64,000 nt of DNA from Candidatus Odyssella sp. (GTDB taxonomy: Bacteria; Pseudomonadota; Alphaproteobacteria; Paracaedibacterales; CAITNM01), in NCBI GenBank assembly GCA_020726185.1, contig DYTB01000001.1:2526-66525 (forward strand). The letters are read 5' to 3'. The first letter of the stretch is position 1. Every line of letters begins with the position of its first letter. A program made the translations under genes and the position numbers. Positions 21,091 to 30,852 of this stretch are shown piece by piece. The notes under the pieces are model-generated. The model was not told the origin of the DNA. It ran no database searches and was given only the letters and a program-made list of their open reading frames with translations.

Positions 21091-21094
21091 AATC

Positions 21095-21205
21095 TTTCCA
21101 TTTATGAAGGCTGCGCTGACCCAACTACCAATCGTTACGGCTGCTTTCTTCCGAACCTGACCGGATTAGCGCGGCACTTGTCCAGGCAACCTTCACAAGA
21201 AAGGT
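21095..21205 (-). ncRNA. ffs: signal recognition particle RNA (4.5S, small bacterial type); ends approximate (about 10 nt either way)
   Basis: The minus strand contains CCGGUCAGGUUCGGAAGAAAGCAGCCGUAACG, matching the universally conserved domain IV core (GGUCAGGUCCGGAAGGAAGCAGCC). It is closed by a long helix, GAAGGUUGC...GCAGCCUUC. Its position immediately upstream of dnaX is the common ffs-dnaX arrangement. Confidence 0.8.
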
Positions 21206-21245
21206 ATCATGGTTTTTTTAAAAAGGGAATGAGATTAGCCAAAAT

Positions 21246-22697
21246 TTAACGACGCCAAAAGCTTGGTGATAAAAACACAAGAGCAGTCAATAATTCCAGT
21301 CGTCCTAGAATCATCCCCATCATTAAAAATACTTTTGAAAAAAGTGGAATTGAATCTACGTTACTAACAGGCCCCAGAACATTTCCAAGTCCTGCGCCAA
21401 TATTTCCTACGCTTGCGACAGCTCCTGATAAGGAGCTTACAAAATCAAGTCCAGTTAATGAAAGTAATATAGAAAGCACAGCTACGGTTACCAAATATAA
21501 CCCTATAAAAGAAAAGACCGACGCTACCAATTGATCAGAAATTTTTTGTCCTTGGTACATAGGAATAAATACCCCATGAGGGCGTCGCAGTTGTTTTAAA
21601 TGATTATGAATAAACGCAGCAATAATTTGGAAGCGGAAAATTTTAATGCCTCCCGAAGTAGATCCGGTGCTTCCACCAATAAAAGATAATAAAAAAATTA
21701 GCGTAATTATTGTTGGGCCAAAGTCCATGTAATTAAATAAAACAAACCCGGTCGATGTTAATGTGGAAATGGCAACGAAGCAACCCATGCGTATACTATC
21801 TACAAGTGTTTTTCCCTGAAATGCCAAACAAAGACTAAGAGATGCACTTGCAAGGAAAAGTGCCGTAAGGTAACCCTTAAGTTGCTGATCACGAATAATA
21901 CTTTTGTAGTCACCTTGCCATAGTCTTATATACAACATTAGAGTGCTTCCGCCAATAATCATTAGAATCATTAGAACAACTTCAACAGAAGGGCTATCAA
22001 AAGTTACTAATCCAGTGTTTTTTGTAGAAAGTCCACCTGTAGAAATTGCTGAAGCCGCGTGGCAAAATGCGTCAAAACTTTCCATTCCACAGAAGTTTAA
22101 GCTTACGTACCCTATAATTGTAAATAAGGAGTAAGCACACAAAATTCCTGTTGCAATTTGTGAAACTCTTGGGAGAATTTTTTCAGATCTATCTGAAAAT
22201 TCACTGCGAAACAATTGCATTCCACCAATACGCAACACAGGGAATATGGTTATTGCCATAACGATAATTCCGATTCCGCCTAACCACTGCAAAATGGCGC
22301 GCCATAGAATAAGGCATTTTGGAAGTTCCTCTAAATTGCTAAGAGTTGAAAATCCTGTTGTTGTTAAGGCAGATACCGCTTCAAAAAGAGCATTGATAAA
22401 TGTGCAATTTGGGGATAGCCAATATATTGGTAATCCTGAAAAAAAACTACAGATAACCCACGACAAAAAAGTTAACAAAAAAGCTTCACGGATTCCCAAT
22501 TTTATTTGGTTTTTTTGATAGTTTGTAAGAGCCAACAATACTCCAGTGCTACTTGTGATAAAGAAAGGAATTAAGAAAAGCTGCCAGTCTTGTGTTTCCC
22601 CAAACAAATAACCGTGTCCTATAGGAATAAGCATAACAGCAGAAACGCTTGCAATCATTGCGCCGATCACAAAGAAAATTGATCGCCAATCTATCAT
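21246..22697 (-). CDS. trkH: TrkH-family potassium uptake protein
   Basis: 483 aa, polytopic, with repeated pore-loop motifs (TTTGFST, STGGLST, TSTGF, GGSTGSTSGGIK). Confidence 0.9.
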   Translation of the reverse strand: MIDWRSIFFVIGAMIASVSAVMLIPIGHGYLFGETQDWQLFLIPFFITSSTGVLLALTNYQKNQIKLGIREAFLLTFLSWVICSFFSGLPIYWLSPNCTFINALFEAVSALTTTGFSTLSNLEELPKCLILWRAILQWLGGIGIIVMAITIFPVLRIGGMQLFRSEFSDRSEKILPRVSQIATGILCAYSLFTIIGYVSLNFCGMESFDAFCHAASAISTGGLSTKNTGLVTFDSPSVEVVLMILMIIGGSTLMLYIRLWQGDYKSIIRDQQLKGYLTALFLASASLSLCLAFQGKTLVDSIRMGCFVAISTLTSTGFVLFNYMDFGPTIITLIFLLSFIGGSTGSTSGGIKIFRFQIIAAFIHNHLKQLRRPHGVFIPMYQGQKISDQLVASVFSFIGLYLVTVAVLSILLSLTGLDFVSSLSGAVASVGNIGAGLGNVLGPVSNVDSIPLFSKVFLMMGMILGRLELLTALVFLSPSFWRR

Positions 22698-22752
22698 AAA
22701 CCAGCCCTTTCAATTTTTAATGTAAAAAGAATAATGCTCTTGTGATTATGCA

Positions 22753-23397
22753 TTATGAAAAGTTATGTGAATAACGTTTCGGAGTAAATTTCCAGACAAA
22801 TCCAGGCGGCATATTTCCCCACAATGATACAACTCGTTTTTGTAAAATATCCCCCTCCATAAATCTTATTGGGGATACTGGGCTATATGTAACATGGTAA
22901 ATCGAACCTGTGACCGGATTTAACACATCTAAAGCTGCTTGGATAATACGCTCGCGTACTGCTTCTTCAAAACACATTAAGGGAATAGCGGAAACAACGT
23001 AATCAACTTTTCCAACCCATGTTTTTGGAATAAGGTTGGGTAATCTTTCTGCGTTTCCTTGAATAATCTTGAATTTTGTTTTTTCTTGGTAAAGGCTTTG
23101 TAGTGAACATTTCAAGAAATCACACATTTTTGGATCAAGTTCAACCATTGCAAGCTTATCAATATTTACACCTTTGGCTAAGAGAGCTTGGGTTAAACGC
23201 CCTGTTCCTGCACCAATTTCAATAACTGTTGGGTTATTGTTTACTTCAAGTTGGTTTGCAGTCAAATGAGCAAGTTTTAAAGATATGGAGGCAAATGTTC
23301 CAATTTGCATGGGTGACTTTAACCACTGCTTAAAGAGTAATTTGCCTTCTTCTGTAACAAGAGACTTAGCCATTGTGAAATGTGGTAAATTCGTCAT
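22753..23397 (-). CDS. class I SAM-dependent methyltransferase (phospholipid N-methyltransferase / COG3963-like)
   Basis: SAM motif I is VIEIGAGTGRLT. Size and N-terminal pattern resemble COG3963 methyltransferases. Substrate is not determinable from sequence. Confidence 0.55.
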   Translation of the reverse strand: MTNLPHFTMAKSLVTEEGKLLFKQWLKSPMQIGTFASISLKLAHLTANQLEVNNNPTVIEIGAGTGRLTQALLAKGVNIDKLAMVELDPKMCDFLKCSLQSLYQEKTKFKIIQGNAERLPNLIPKTWVGKVDYVVSAIPLMCFEEAVRERIIQAALDVLNPVTGSIYHVTYSPVSPIRFMEGDILQKRVVSLWGNMPPGFVWKFTPKRYSHNFS

Positions 23398-23420
23398 AAT
23401 AACAAATTGAAAATAACTAC

Positions 23421-24005
23421 ATGCATTTTAGCTATATTAGTGAGAGATCGCAAATGTCTATGCAAGTTTCGGGTTTAGTTCACCCCTACATTCGCATCTC
23501 AGGTCTGTTTCCTATAGATATTTCTGCGCATCCTGGCACAGCTTTAGCAATATGTGGGTCAAATGGTGCTGGAAAAACAACCTTTTTAAAATTACTTTTG
23601 AAAGAAATTGAACCAAAAAAAGGTATAGTTCATGTCGACGCACACTTTGCATATTTAGGTATAAAAAACGCATTAAAGCCACAGCTGACCGTGCAGCAGC
23701 AGTTATCCTATTTTATGTCTACACAGTTAGATTTTCCTTGGCCAGAATTTCTACAGATAGTCTACAAAGACTTATCGACAGGGCAACAACGTTTAGTTGC
23801 ATTGTGGTTAACGTTGCATAATTCGAAATCACTCATTTTGTTGGATGAGCCTTTTTTGCATTTAGATGCTCGCGGATGTTCTCAAGCGTATATGTGGATC
23901 AATACTCAGCTAAATTTAAAAAAGACAATTATTTTTACCCATCACTGTTCTGAAGAGTTGCACGAAATAGAGTCATTGCAAGTTTTTGATTTAAATGGCT
24001 ATTAG
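23421..24005 (+). CDS. ccmA: heme exporter ATP-binding protein CcmA-like ABC ATPase
   Basis: It is a small ABC ATPase. Walker A is GSNGAGKTTFLKLL, followed by YLGIKNALKPQLTVQQQL. The signature LSTGQQRLVAL and Walker B ILLDEP are present. The start may instead be an internal ATG (23454 or 23460). Confidence 0.6.
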   Translation: MHFSYISERSQMSMQVSGLVHPYIRISGLFPIDISAHPGTALAICGSNGAGKTTFLKLLLKEIEPKKGIVHVDAHFAYLGIKNALKPQLTVQQQLSYFMSTQLDFPWPEFLQIVYKDLSTGQQRLVALWLTLHNSKSLILLDEPFLHLDARGCSQAYMWINTQLNLKKTIIFTHHCSEELHEIESLQVFDLNGY

Positions 24006-24018
24006 TTAACAAGAAATT

Positions 24019-24642
24019 TTACTCTCTGTTTTCTAAGAATGCTGCAGATATTATAATTTCTTCTCTAAACCCAAAAGTTCGCATGTCTTTAATGCGTAAC
24101 GGATACAAAATCCCATCCAAATGATCCAGCTCATGCTGCACAACCCTTGCATGAAAATGGGACGCTTCATGCGTATGAATCTTTCCTTCAAGATCTGTAT
24201 ACGTATATTCGATATGTGTATATCTTGGAACTTTCCCCATCATTCCGGAAATGGATAGGCAAGCTTCCCATTCAAGATTTTGCTCATTACTTAAGGGTTT
24301 ATAAGTTGGGTTGATTAACGCTCTCATTGGAATCGCTACACCGTCAGTTTTATATCGTGGGTGTTCAGCAGGCACTTCAAACATAACAAGACGTTTTAAA
24401 ATTCCTATCTGTGGAGCGGCAATGCCAACAATTCCCAAGTTCTTAGTTGCTTGTTCCATAAGTTGTAACGTTTGGTGCACCAAAGGCATTTCGTCAGGCA
24501 ACTTGAAAGGGAGTGATGTTTCATATAGCGTAGCATCGCCAAAATGTAGAAGCTGAGGAGGGATAGTGTCTAATTGTGACATCTTATTTTTCAACGTGCT
24601 CGATGTTGCTGATATTATGATGAATGAATGATTGGCATTCAA
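24019..24642 (-). CDS. def: peptide deformylase
   Basis: The three PDF motifs GIAAPQIG, EACLS and HELDHLDG are present. The likely true start is the internal ATG at 24582 (MSQLDTIPP...). Confidence 0.9.
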   Translation of the reverse strand: MNANHSFIIISATSSTLKNKMSQLDTIPPQLLHFGDATLYETSLPFKLPDEMPLVHQTLQLMEQATKNLGIVGIAAPQIGILKRLVMFEVPAEHPRYKTDGVAIPMRALINPTYKPLSNEQNLEWEACLSISGMMGKVPRYTHIEYTYTDLEGKIHTHEASHFHARVVQHELDHLDGILYPLRIKDMRTFGFREEIIISAAFLENRE

Positions 24643-24693
24643 GTAGCATGTTCATTTGTACGTAAAATACTCGAAGTTATTTAAGCTTCTTAA

Positions 24694-25719
24694 TTAAGCG
24701 ACTTTAGGTTGGTTTTCTCCTAAAAAAATATTAGCTTGTTCAATCAGCTCGTTTATAATGTCTTCAGTTGCTTGAATTTTATCTACCATGCCTACACTTT
24801 GTCCCGCCATTAACGATCCATTTTCAATGTCGCCGTCAATCACTGCGCGTCGTAAAGCTCCCGCCCAATAATGCTCTATTTTTAGCTGAGCTTCTTTTAG
24901 GTCGATAGCTCCACTATCATATTCTTTAATCACATTCGCTTGTATTGACAAAAATTCCTTTGTTGCTTTGTTAGCCAAAGCTCTTACTGGAATGACAGGG
25001 AATCGTTGATCAAGTTGTAATGATATAATCGCATCACGGGCTTGAGCTTTAATGAAAGCTTGTTTGAAGTTCTCATGAGCGGGTGATTCTTCAGCACACA
25101 CGAAGCGCGTGCCAAGTTGACATCCGCTTGCGCCCATCTTTAAATAGGAAATCAATGCTTCTCCACGGCCAATTCCACCGGCTATAAATACAGGAACTTC
25201 ATGTATTTGTGGAAGAATTTCTTGGGCTAAAACGCTGGTTGAAACTGGACCAATGTGTCCACCTGCTTCACTTCCTTCAATTACTAATGCATCTGCTCCC
25301 ATTTTTATAAGCTTTTTAGCAATCACCAGAGCAGGAGCAAAACCAATTACTAAGCATCCATGTTCTTTCAATCGAGTAAAGCTGGCAGAATTTGGCAGTC
25401 CGCCTGCCAAAACTACGTGACGTATTTTGTGCTGTCCACAAACATCAATCATTTGTTCAAGCATAGGGTGCATCGTGATTAAATTCACACCGAAAGGTTT
25501 AGTGGTTATCGTTTTTGTTTTAGTAATTTCTTGAGACAATATATCAGGAGACATTGCACCACTAGCTAATACCCCAAAACCACCGGCATTTGAAATTGCA
25601 GCAACTAAATGATGGTTTGATACCCACGTCATTGCTCCGCCTAAAATTGCATACTTAGTTCCAAGAAATTCACATCCTCGCTTACTCAAATGTTCAAGAG
25701 AAGAGGAAGAATATGTCAT
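24694..25719 (-). CDS. nitronate monooxygenase / FabK-like NAD(P)H-dependent flavin oxidoreductase
   Basis: TIM-barrel NMO family pattern (GGAMTWVS...AAISNAGGFG, VIEGSEAGGH, GGIGRG). I trimmed to the ATG at 25719, which abuts the lysC stop. Confidence 0.75.
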   Translation of the reverse strand: MTYSSSSLEHLSKRGCEFLGTKYAILGGAMTWVSNHHLVAAISNAGGFGVLASGAMSPDILSQEITKTKTITTKPFGVNLITMHPMLEQMIDVCGQHKIRHVVLAGGLPNSASFTRLKEHGCLVIGFAPALVIAKKLIKMGADALVIEGSEAGGHIGPVSTSVLAQEILPQIHEVPVFIAGGIGRGEALISYLKMGASGCQLGTRFVCAEESPAHENFKQAFIKAQARDAIISLQLDQRFPVIPVRALANKATKEFLSIQANVIKEYDSGAIDLKEAQLKIEHYWAGALRRAVIDGDIENGSLMAGQSVGMVDKIQATEDIINELIEQANIFLGENQPKVA

Positions 25720-25720
25720 T

Positions 25721-26959
25721 TTAAGCGGCCTTTTGTGAAGAAGATTGATCAAGGCAAAACACCTTGTGAAGAGCTGTCAAAGCAGGTTGCAAAGATTGTT
25801 GATTAATAACGAGAGACATTTTAATTTCAGATGAATAAATCATATGAATGTTAATCCCTTCATCTGCTAACGTTCTACATATTAATGCTGGAATATCCAT
25901 GTTGCTGCGAAGACCAATTCCAATAACAGTGATTTTTGCAACATTTTTATCAATCGATATATCAGAAAAACCAAGGCTTTCTTTGAAATTATTCATTGTT
26001 TCGCTAAAGCGCTCAATATCATTGCGGCTAATCATGCCGTCCATATCGCAACAACCTTCACGAGTATGCGACTGAGTTACCATATCTATTAAGATATCTG
26101 ACTGCCCCATAGTTGTATAAAGCTTGGCGGCAATACCAGGCTGATCTTTTAAATTTTTCAAGGTGACTTTTGCTTCTTGTAGGCTATGCACAATGCCAGT
26201 GATATTTTCTTTTTCTACGGCATATTTGTCTTCAATAATCTCAGTTCCTTTAGGAGAATCTGTCAGGCTTGATAACACACGTAATCGAACACCATGTTTC
26301 ATGGCCATTTCAACAGAGCGTGCTTGCAAAACCTTAGCACCAGCTGCTGCCATTTCAAACATTTCACTGTAGCTTAACGTATCTTGACGGCGCGCTTCAG
26401 GAACTAGCTGAGGATCTGCTGTGTATACGCCGTCAACATCTGTGTAAATATCGCAGCGGTCAGCCTTTAGAGCAACTGCCATCGCAACTGCTGTAGTGTC
26501 AGATCCACCTCGACCAATGGTCGTAATCATGCCTTCTTTGCTGAGTCCTTGAAATCCAGAGACTACGGGAATTTCTCCAGAGCCAAGGCTTTGTAATATT
26601 TTATCTGGGTTAATATGTTGAATACGTGCGTTAGTAGCTACAGAGTCTGTATGAATAGGAATTTGCCATGATAAAAACGAACGTGCTTTCATTCCAGCTT
26701 TTTTTAAAGCTAAAGCTAGTAACCCAGCAGTCACCTGCTCTCCTGCGCTTGCAACCACATCATGTTCAGGAGTTGCTTCATGGGGACATAACGCTTTGGA
26801 ATACCCAACCAATTGATCTGTAATGCCGGCCATGGCAGATACAACAGCAACAACTTGGTTGCCGTTAAGTATTTCCTGGCGAATAACTTGGGCAGCATGC
26901 TCTAGTCGTGCTAGATTTGCAACGGAAGTCCCACCGAATTTTAAAATGTAAAGTGCCAT
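25721..26959 (-). CDS. lysC: aspartate kinase
   Basis: I trimmed to the ATG at 26959 (MALYILKFGGTSV). The kinase domain plus two C-terminal ACT domains give the typical ~410 aa. Confidence 0.93.
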   Translation of the reverse strand: MALYILKFGGTSVANLARLEHAAQVIRQEILNGNQVVAVVSAMAGITDQLVGYSKALCPHEATPEHDVVASAGEQVTAGLLALALKKAGMKARSFLSWQIPIHTDSVATNARIQHINPDKILQSLGSGEIPVVSGFQGLSKEGMITTIGRGGSDTTAVAMAVALKADRCDIYTDVDGVYTADPQLVPEARRQDTLSYSEMFEMAAAGAKVLQARSVEMAMKHGVRLRVLSSLTDSPKGTEIIEDKYAVEKENITGIVHSLQEAKVTLKNLKDQPGIAAKLYTTMGQSDILIDMVTQSHTREGCCDMDGMISRNDIERFSETMNNFKESLGFSDISIDKNVAKITVIGIGLRSNMDIPALICRTLADEGINIHMIYSSEIKMSLVINQQSLQPALTALHKVFCLDQSSSQKAA

Positions 26960-27055
26960 GATCTGAATATGGTATGTTGAATGGTAAATATCAAGAGAGC
27001 GAATGCTTAATATAAAACAAAAATTGAAATTGTTGAAAAGGAATTTTAAATAATA

Positions 27056-27802
27056 ATGAAAAATGCCTCGCAAATTGATCATTTTGATAATCTTTCATCT
27101 CAGTGGTGGAATGAACAAGGGGCATTTGGCGTGCTGCATTCCATGAATCCAGCTAGGATTAGTTTTATTAAAGATATGGCCAAGCAGCGTTTTTCTTTAG
27201 ATCGATTGAAAAATCTAAAAGTGCTTGATGTGGGCTGTGGTGGGGGCATTGTTTGTGAACCTCTTGCAAGGCTAGGGTCCGTGGTTACTGGAATTGACGC
27301 AAGCTTTCAAGCTATTAAGGTAGCAAAATCTCATGCTCTTGAACAAAATCTAGATATTAATTACCTATGTGATGATTTTAAAAATTTAAAACATACTTAC
27401 GATATTGTCACGTGTCTTGAAGTTGTTGAGCATGTGGATGATTTGCAAACCTTTCTTAATGATCTTGCAGAAAAATTAAATCCTGGAGGAGTGTTGATTC
27501 TATCAACTTTGAACCGCACGCTATTTTCTTATGTGGTAGGTATTTTGGGCGCTGAATACTTAACTCGAAAAGTTCCTGTTGGCACTCACAATTGGCAAAA
27601 ATTCGTTGAGCCTTCTGAATTGGTAGGTTTAATGGAAAGCCAGGGTCTCAAAACAATTTCGTTAAAAGGGCTAAATTATTCCTTGTATAATCGTGAATGG
27701 TTTCTAGGTGGTAGCTTGCGCATGAACTACTTGGCAGGATTTTTTAAGAGCGATGGTGCTTCTTTTTGTCAAAGTAAAGGAGGTTGCTCTATCGGCAAGT
27801 GA
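27056..27802 (+). CDS. ubiG: ubiquinone biosynthesis O-methyltransferase UbiG
   Basis: FDNLSSQWWNEQG..L...NP.R, SAM motif LDVGCGGGI and CLEVVEHV. Typical ~245 aa. Confidence 0.88.
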   Translation: MKNASQIDHFDNLSSQWWNEQGAFGVLHSMNPARISFIKDMAKQRFSLDRLKNLKVLDVGCGGGIVCEPLARLGSVVTGIDASFQAIKVAKSHALEQNLDINYLCDDFKNLKHTYDIVTCLEVVEHVDDLQTFLNDLAEKLNPGGVLILSTLNRTLFSYVVGILGAEYLTRKVPVGTHNWQKFVEPSELVGLMESQGLKTISLKGLNYSLYNREWFLGGSLRMNYLAGFFKSDGASFCQSKGGCSIGK

Positions 27803-30129
27803 AGAATAACCTGAGTGCCTTCATTGACTTTTGAAGCTATGTAAACCTGACCTTGATGCAATTCTATCAACTTCTTAACTAATGGTAGGCCTAAGCCAGC
27901 TCCTTTTTTTGTGGTGTGTAAACGTGCACCATGCTCAAACATATCAAAAATCTTTTGTTGATCTGTTGCGCTAATGCCAATTCCGCTATCTGAAACACAT
28001 AAGCCAAGCATTCCTGGCTGATCTTCAACATGGAATGCTACGATGCTAATGCGTCCTCCTGGCAAGGTGAATTTTAGTGCCTTACTTAATAAGTTAAACA
28101 TTACATGTTTTAATCTTTTTTCGTCTCCGTTGAATACATCGATGTTAGTATTGTTAACGACAGATAATTCAACACCTTGGTCGTATGCACGATTTTTAAT
28201 AAGAGCTGAGCATGATTCAAGAAAACGCACGAGTTCAATTTCATGATAATGAAGAGCAAGCTTTCCAGCTTCAATGCTTGCTAAATCGATCATATCACTA
28301 ATTAGCTGCATAAGTTTTTGACTAGATTCTGATATTCCTTGACAATAATCAACTTGACGTTCATTTAATGGGCCAAAATATTGATTGCGCAAAATATCAA
28401 TAAATCCTGCAATGGTATTTAAAGGTGCACGCAGTTCGTAGGAAACATGAGAAATAAAATCTGTTTTAAACCGATCTGCTTGTTCTAAAGCTTCGTTACG
28501 TTCTCTAATGGTTTGTTCGAATCTCCACCTGTCTGAAATATCAACAAAGCTAAATAAGTGTGAGCCGTCAGGCAAGGGAATATAGGAAATTTGGATTTTT
28601 AGACTATTAACTGAATCAACTAATTCCGTGAATGGAGTGCGATTCTCGCATAGTTCATGAATATGATCTTTCCAATAGTTGAAAGATTCATCAAACAGCA
28701 AAGGCTTCGCAGCTTGTAAAATATCTGTTACATGAACTCCTGTTTTATATTGTTCTTCATTAAGCTTTAGCAGTTCACTAAAGGCTTTATTGCAAAGGCG
28801 TAAACGCAAATCACTTCCAACAACAGCTAACCCTTCGTGTAAATTATCAATGGTCTCTTTTTGAACAGCTAGAAGGGTTTTGTATCCACGTTCTAGCGCT
28901 AGCTTATCAGTAATATCTTTAAAAATCAGTAGAATGCCCCCTAAAGCATGGGGAGACAGGGTCATTTTTAAAAATGCACCATCCGGTTGGTGATGGATTT
29001 CATGAATTGGCTCAAAGATTGTATTAAATAAGGCATTGCGTTTTTCTTTGTGTTTCGGAAAATCATTGACTTCTTGCATTTTTCGTCGTTTGCGCAAATC
29101 CTCTAACACTTCACTAAATCGTGGTCTGCTATATAAAAATGCCTCTTGAAATTGGAATATTTTAAGATAGGCTGAATTAAAATATTGAAGACGAGTATCT
29201 GCTCCATAAATTGCTATGGGATTTGAAAGATTTTCTAATATTTCGCGTTGTGCTTGATCGTGTCGCTGGCGATCACCTTCCCACTGTTCTAATTCAGTAA
29301 TGTCTCGTGCAAATCCGATACTTCCTTTTTTAGGGATAGGAATTTCTTGAATTTCTAATAGTCTTCGTTGTCCTTCTATAACTGCATGTTGCTGAGTTAT
29401 AGTTTGTTCTTTTAAATTTTCCACTAAAACATTAGATGGTTTTTTAATTAATTCAATGCTTTCCGCTATGATTCTCGAAGGAGATGTTTCTAGTGCTTTT
29501 GCATAAAAGTTATTGCAGTGACGAATACGTCCTTGTAGGTCTCGAAACCAAATGGCAATGGGAATATGCTCAACGTATTGTCTAAGCATGTCTAATTCTT
29601 GTTCAAATTCTATAAATTGTCGTTGTTGACGTCGTAGATCGCTTGATGATGCGGTAACATCTTGCAAACTTAAAATGATCATCTGCTTTACAGGGCTAAG
29701 CTTTGATGGAAAAATATGCTGATAATGCTCAAATTCAATTAAAGATCCATTTACCACCAATTCTCTTTCATGAGGGTGCTCTATTGTTAACTGTAAGCTG
29801 AATTCTCCACCATATGCGTACAGGTGCTGCAAAGCGCGTTGAAACTGATTTAGCGATGATTGTCCAAAAAGACGAAATAAATCTTGCTGTCCAAATGAGC
29901 GTTGCTCATCTATACCAAGTAATTTCAGAAAATTTTGAGATGTGATGACGCGATCTTCACCTACGTACCAACTGCACCAAGAAAAAGGTAAATGATGGAT
30001 CAAAATGCGGTATGCGCCAAGTTTTGCTTCGGCTGTATGTTTTTGAAAAAGAACTCGCCTGTAGCTAATTCCTACAATAACTAGAGCAATCAGAAGAATG
30101 AAAGCGATGAATATAGTAAGCTCAGGCAA
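27769..30129 (-). CDS. membrane-anchored multi-PAS sensor histidine kinase
   Basis: 786 aa. It has an N-terminal TM helix and several PAS-like repeats. The H-box is FISHVSYELRAPLN. The N and G boxes are present (GGRISI.., DSGIGI, GAGLGL). No receiver domain and no adjacent response regulator. Confidence 0.85.
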   Translation of the reverse strand: MPELTIFIAFILLIALVIVGISYRRVLFQKHTAEAKLGAYRILIHHLPFSWCSWYVGEDRVITSQNFLKLLGIDEQRSFGQQDLFRLFGQSSLNQFQRALQHLYAYGGEFSLQLTIEHPHERELVVNGSLIEFEHYQHIFPSKLSPVKQMIILSLQDVTASSSDLRRQQRQFIEFEQELDMLRQYVEHIPIAIWFRDLQGRIRHCNNFYAKALETSPSRIIAESIELIKKPSNVLVENLKEQTITQQHAVIEGQRRLLEIQEIPIPKKGSIGFARDITELEQWEGDRQRHDQAQREILENLSNPIAIYGADTRLQYFNSAYLKIFQFQEAFLYSRPRFSEVLEDLRKRRKMQEVNDFPKHKEKRNALFNTIFEPIHEIHHQPDGAFLKMTLSPHALGGILLIFKDITDKLALERGYKTLLAVQKETIDNLHEGLAVVGSDLRLRLCNKAFSELLKLNEEQYKTGVHVTDILQAAKPLLFDESFNYWKDHIHELCENRTPFTELVDSVNSLKIQISYIPLPDGSHLFSFVDISDRWRFEQTIRERNEALEQADRFKTDFISHVSYELRAPLNTIAGFIDILRNQYFGPLNERQVDYCQGISESSQKLMQLISDMIDLASIEAGKLALHYHEIELVRFLESCSALIKNRAYDQGVELSVVNNTNIDVFNGDEKRLKHVMFNLLSKALKFTLPGGRISIVAFHVEDQPGMLGLCVSDSGIGISATDQQKIFDMFEHGARLHTTKKGAGLGLPLVKKLIELHQGQVYIASKVNEGTQVILHLPIEQPPLL

Positions 30130-30372
30130 AATTATCAGACGCTTTTTTATTTATCCTAGCTTGGCATTGCTTCCTTGCAAAGAGGTGCTGCGATCATGAT
30201 GTTAATTTTTTACATTTTTATATTTAGTGGCAATTATCATCTTAATGTTCCCGGGAGTAACCTTCAAATCCAGCCAAAAATAAAAAAAAATCTTATTATT
30301 GAAAAAATAGATTGCGTTTTTAATTGAGAGTAACTATAAGTGTAACATGTTTAAATAAAAAATAGGTTATGT

Positions 30373-30849
30373 ATGACTGAATCAACAACACAATTAGACG
30401 TTCTTAACATCACAGCTGATATAGTATGTGCTTACATCAGTAACAATCATGTAGAAGTAGCTGACATTCAAGGTGTTATGCAAAAAATTCATAGCGCAGT
30501 GCAAGACTTAGCTCGTCATGGTCATGGTTTCCGTAAGTCTGGTCCATTAGTACCAGCAGTGCCAATTGAAGATTCTATAAAAGATGATTACATCGTTTGT
30601 TTGGAAGACGGTAAAAAACTTCAAATGCTAAAGCGTCACTTGAATACCGTTTATAAAATGAGCATTGATGAATACAGAGAACGCTGGGGTTTGGCTCCTG
30701 ACTATCCTGTGGTTGCTCCAAATTATGCACGTCGTCGTAGCCAAATTGCTAAGAACACAGGTCTTGGTCAAACAGGTCGTCGTAAGCGTGTTCAGTTTGT
30801 TGATCAATCAAATGGTGCTATTAGCCAAGTTGCTGCCGTTTCTAAATAA
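30373..30849 (+). CDS. mucR: MucR/Ros-family transcriptional regulator
   Basis: 158 aa. CLEDGKKLQMLKRHL...H is the Ros/MucR zinc-finger region, followed by YRERWGLAPDYPVVAPNYA.RRS. Confidence 0.9.
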   Translation: MTESTTQLDVLNITADIVCAYISNNHVEVADIQGVMQKIHSAVQDLARHGHGFRKSGPLVPAVPIEDSIKDDYIVCLEDGKKLQMLKRHLNTVYKMSIDEYRERWGLAPDYPVVAPNYARRRSQIAKNTGLGQTGRRKRVQFVDQSNGAISQVAAVSK

Positions 30850-30852
30850 GGC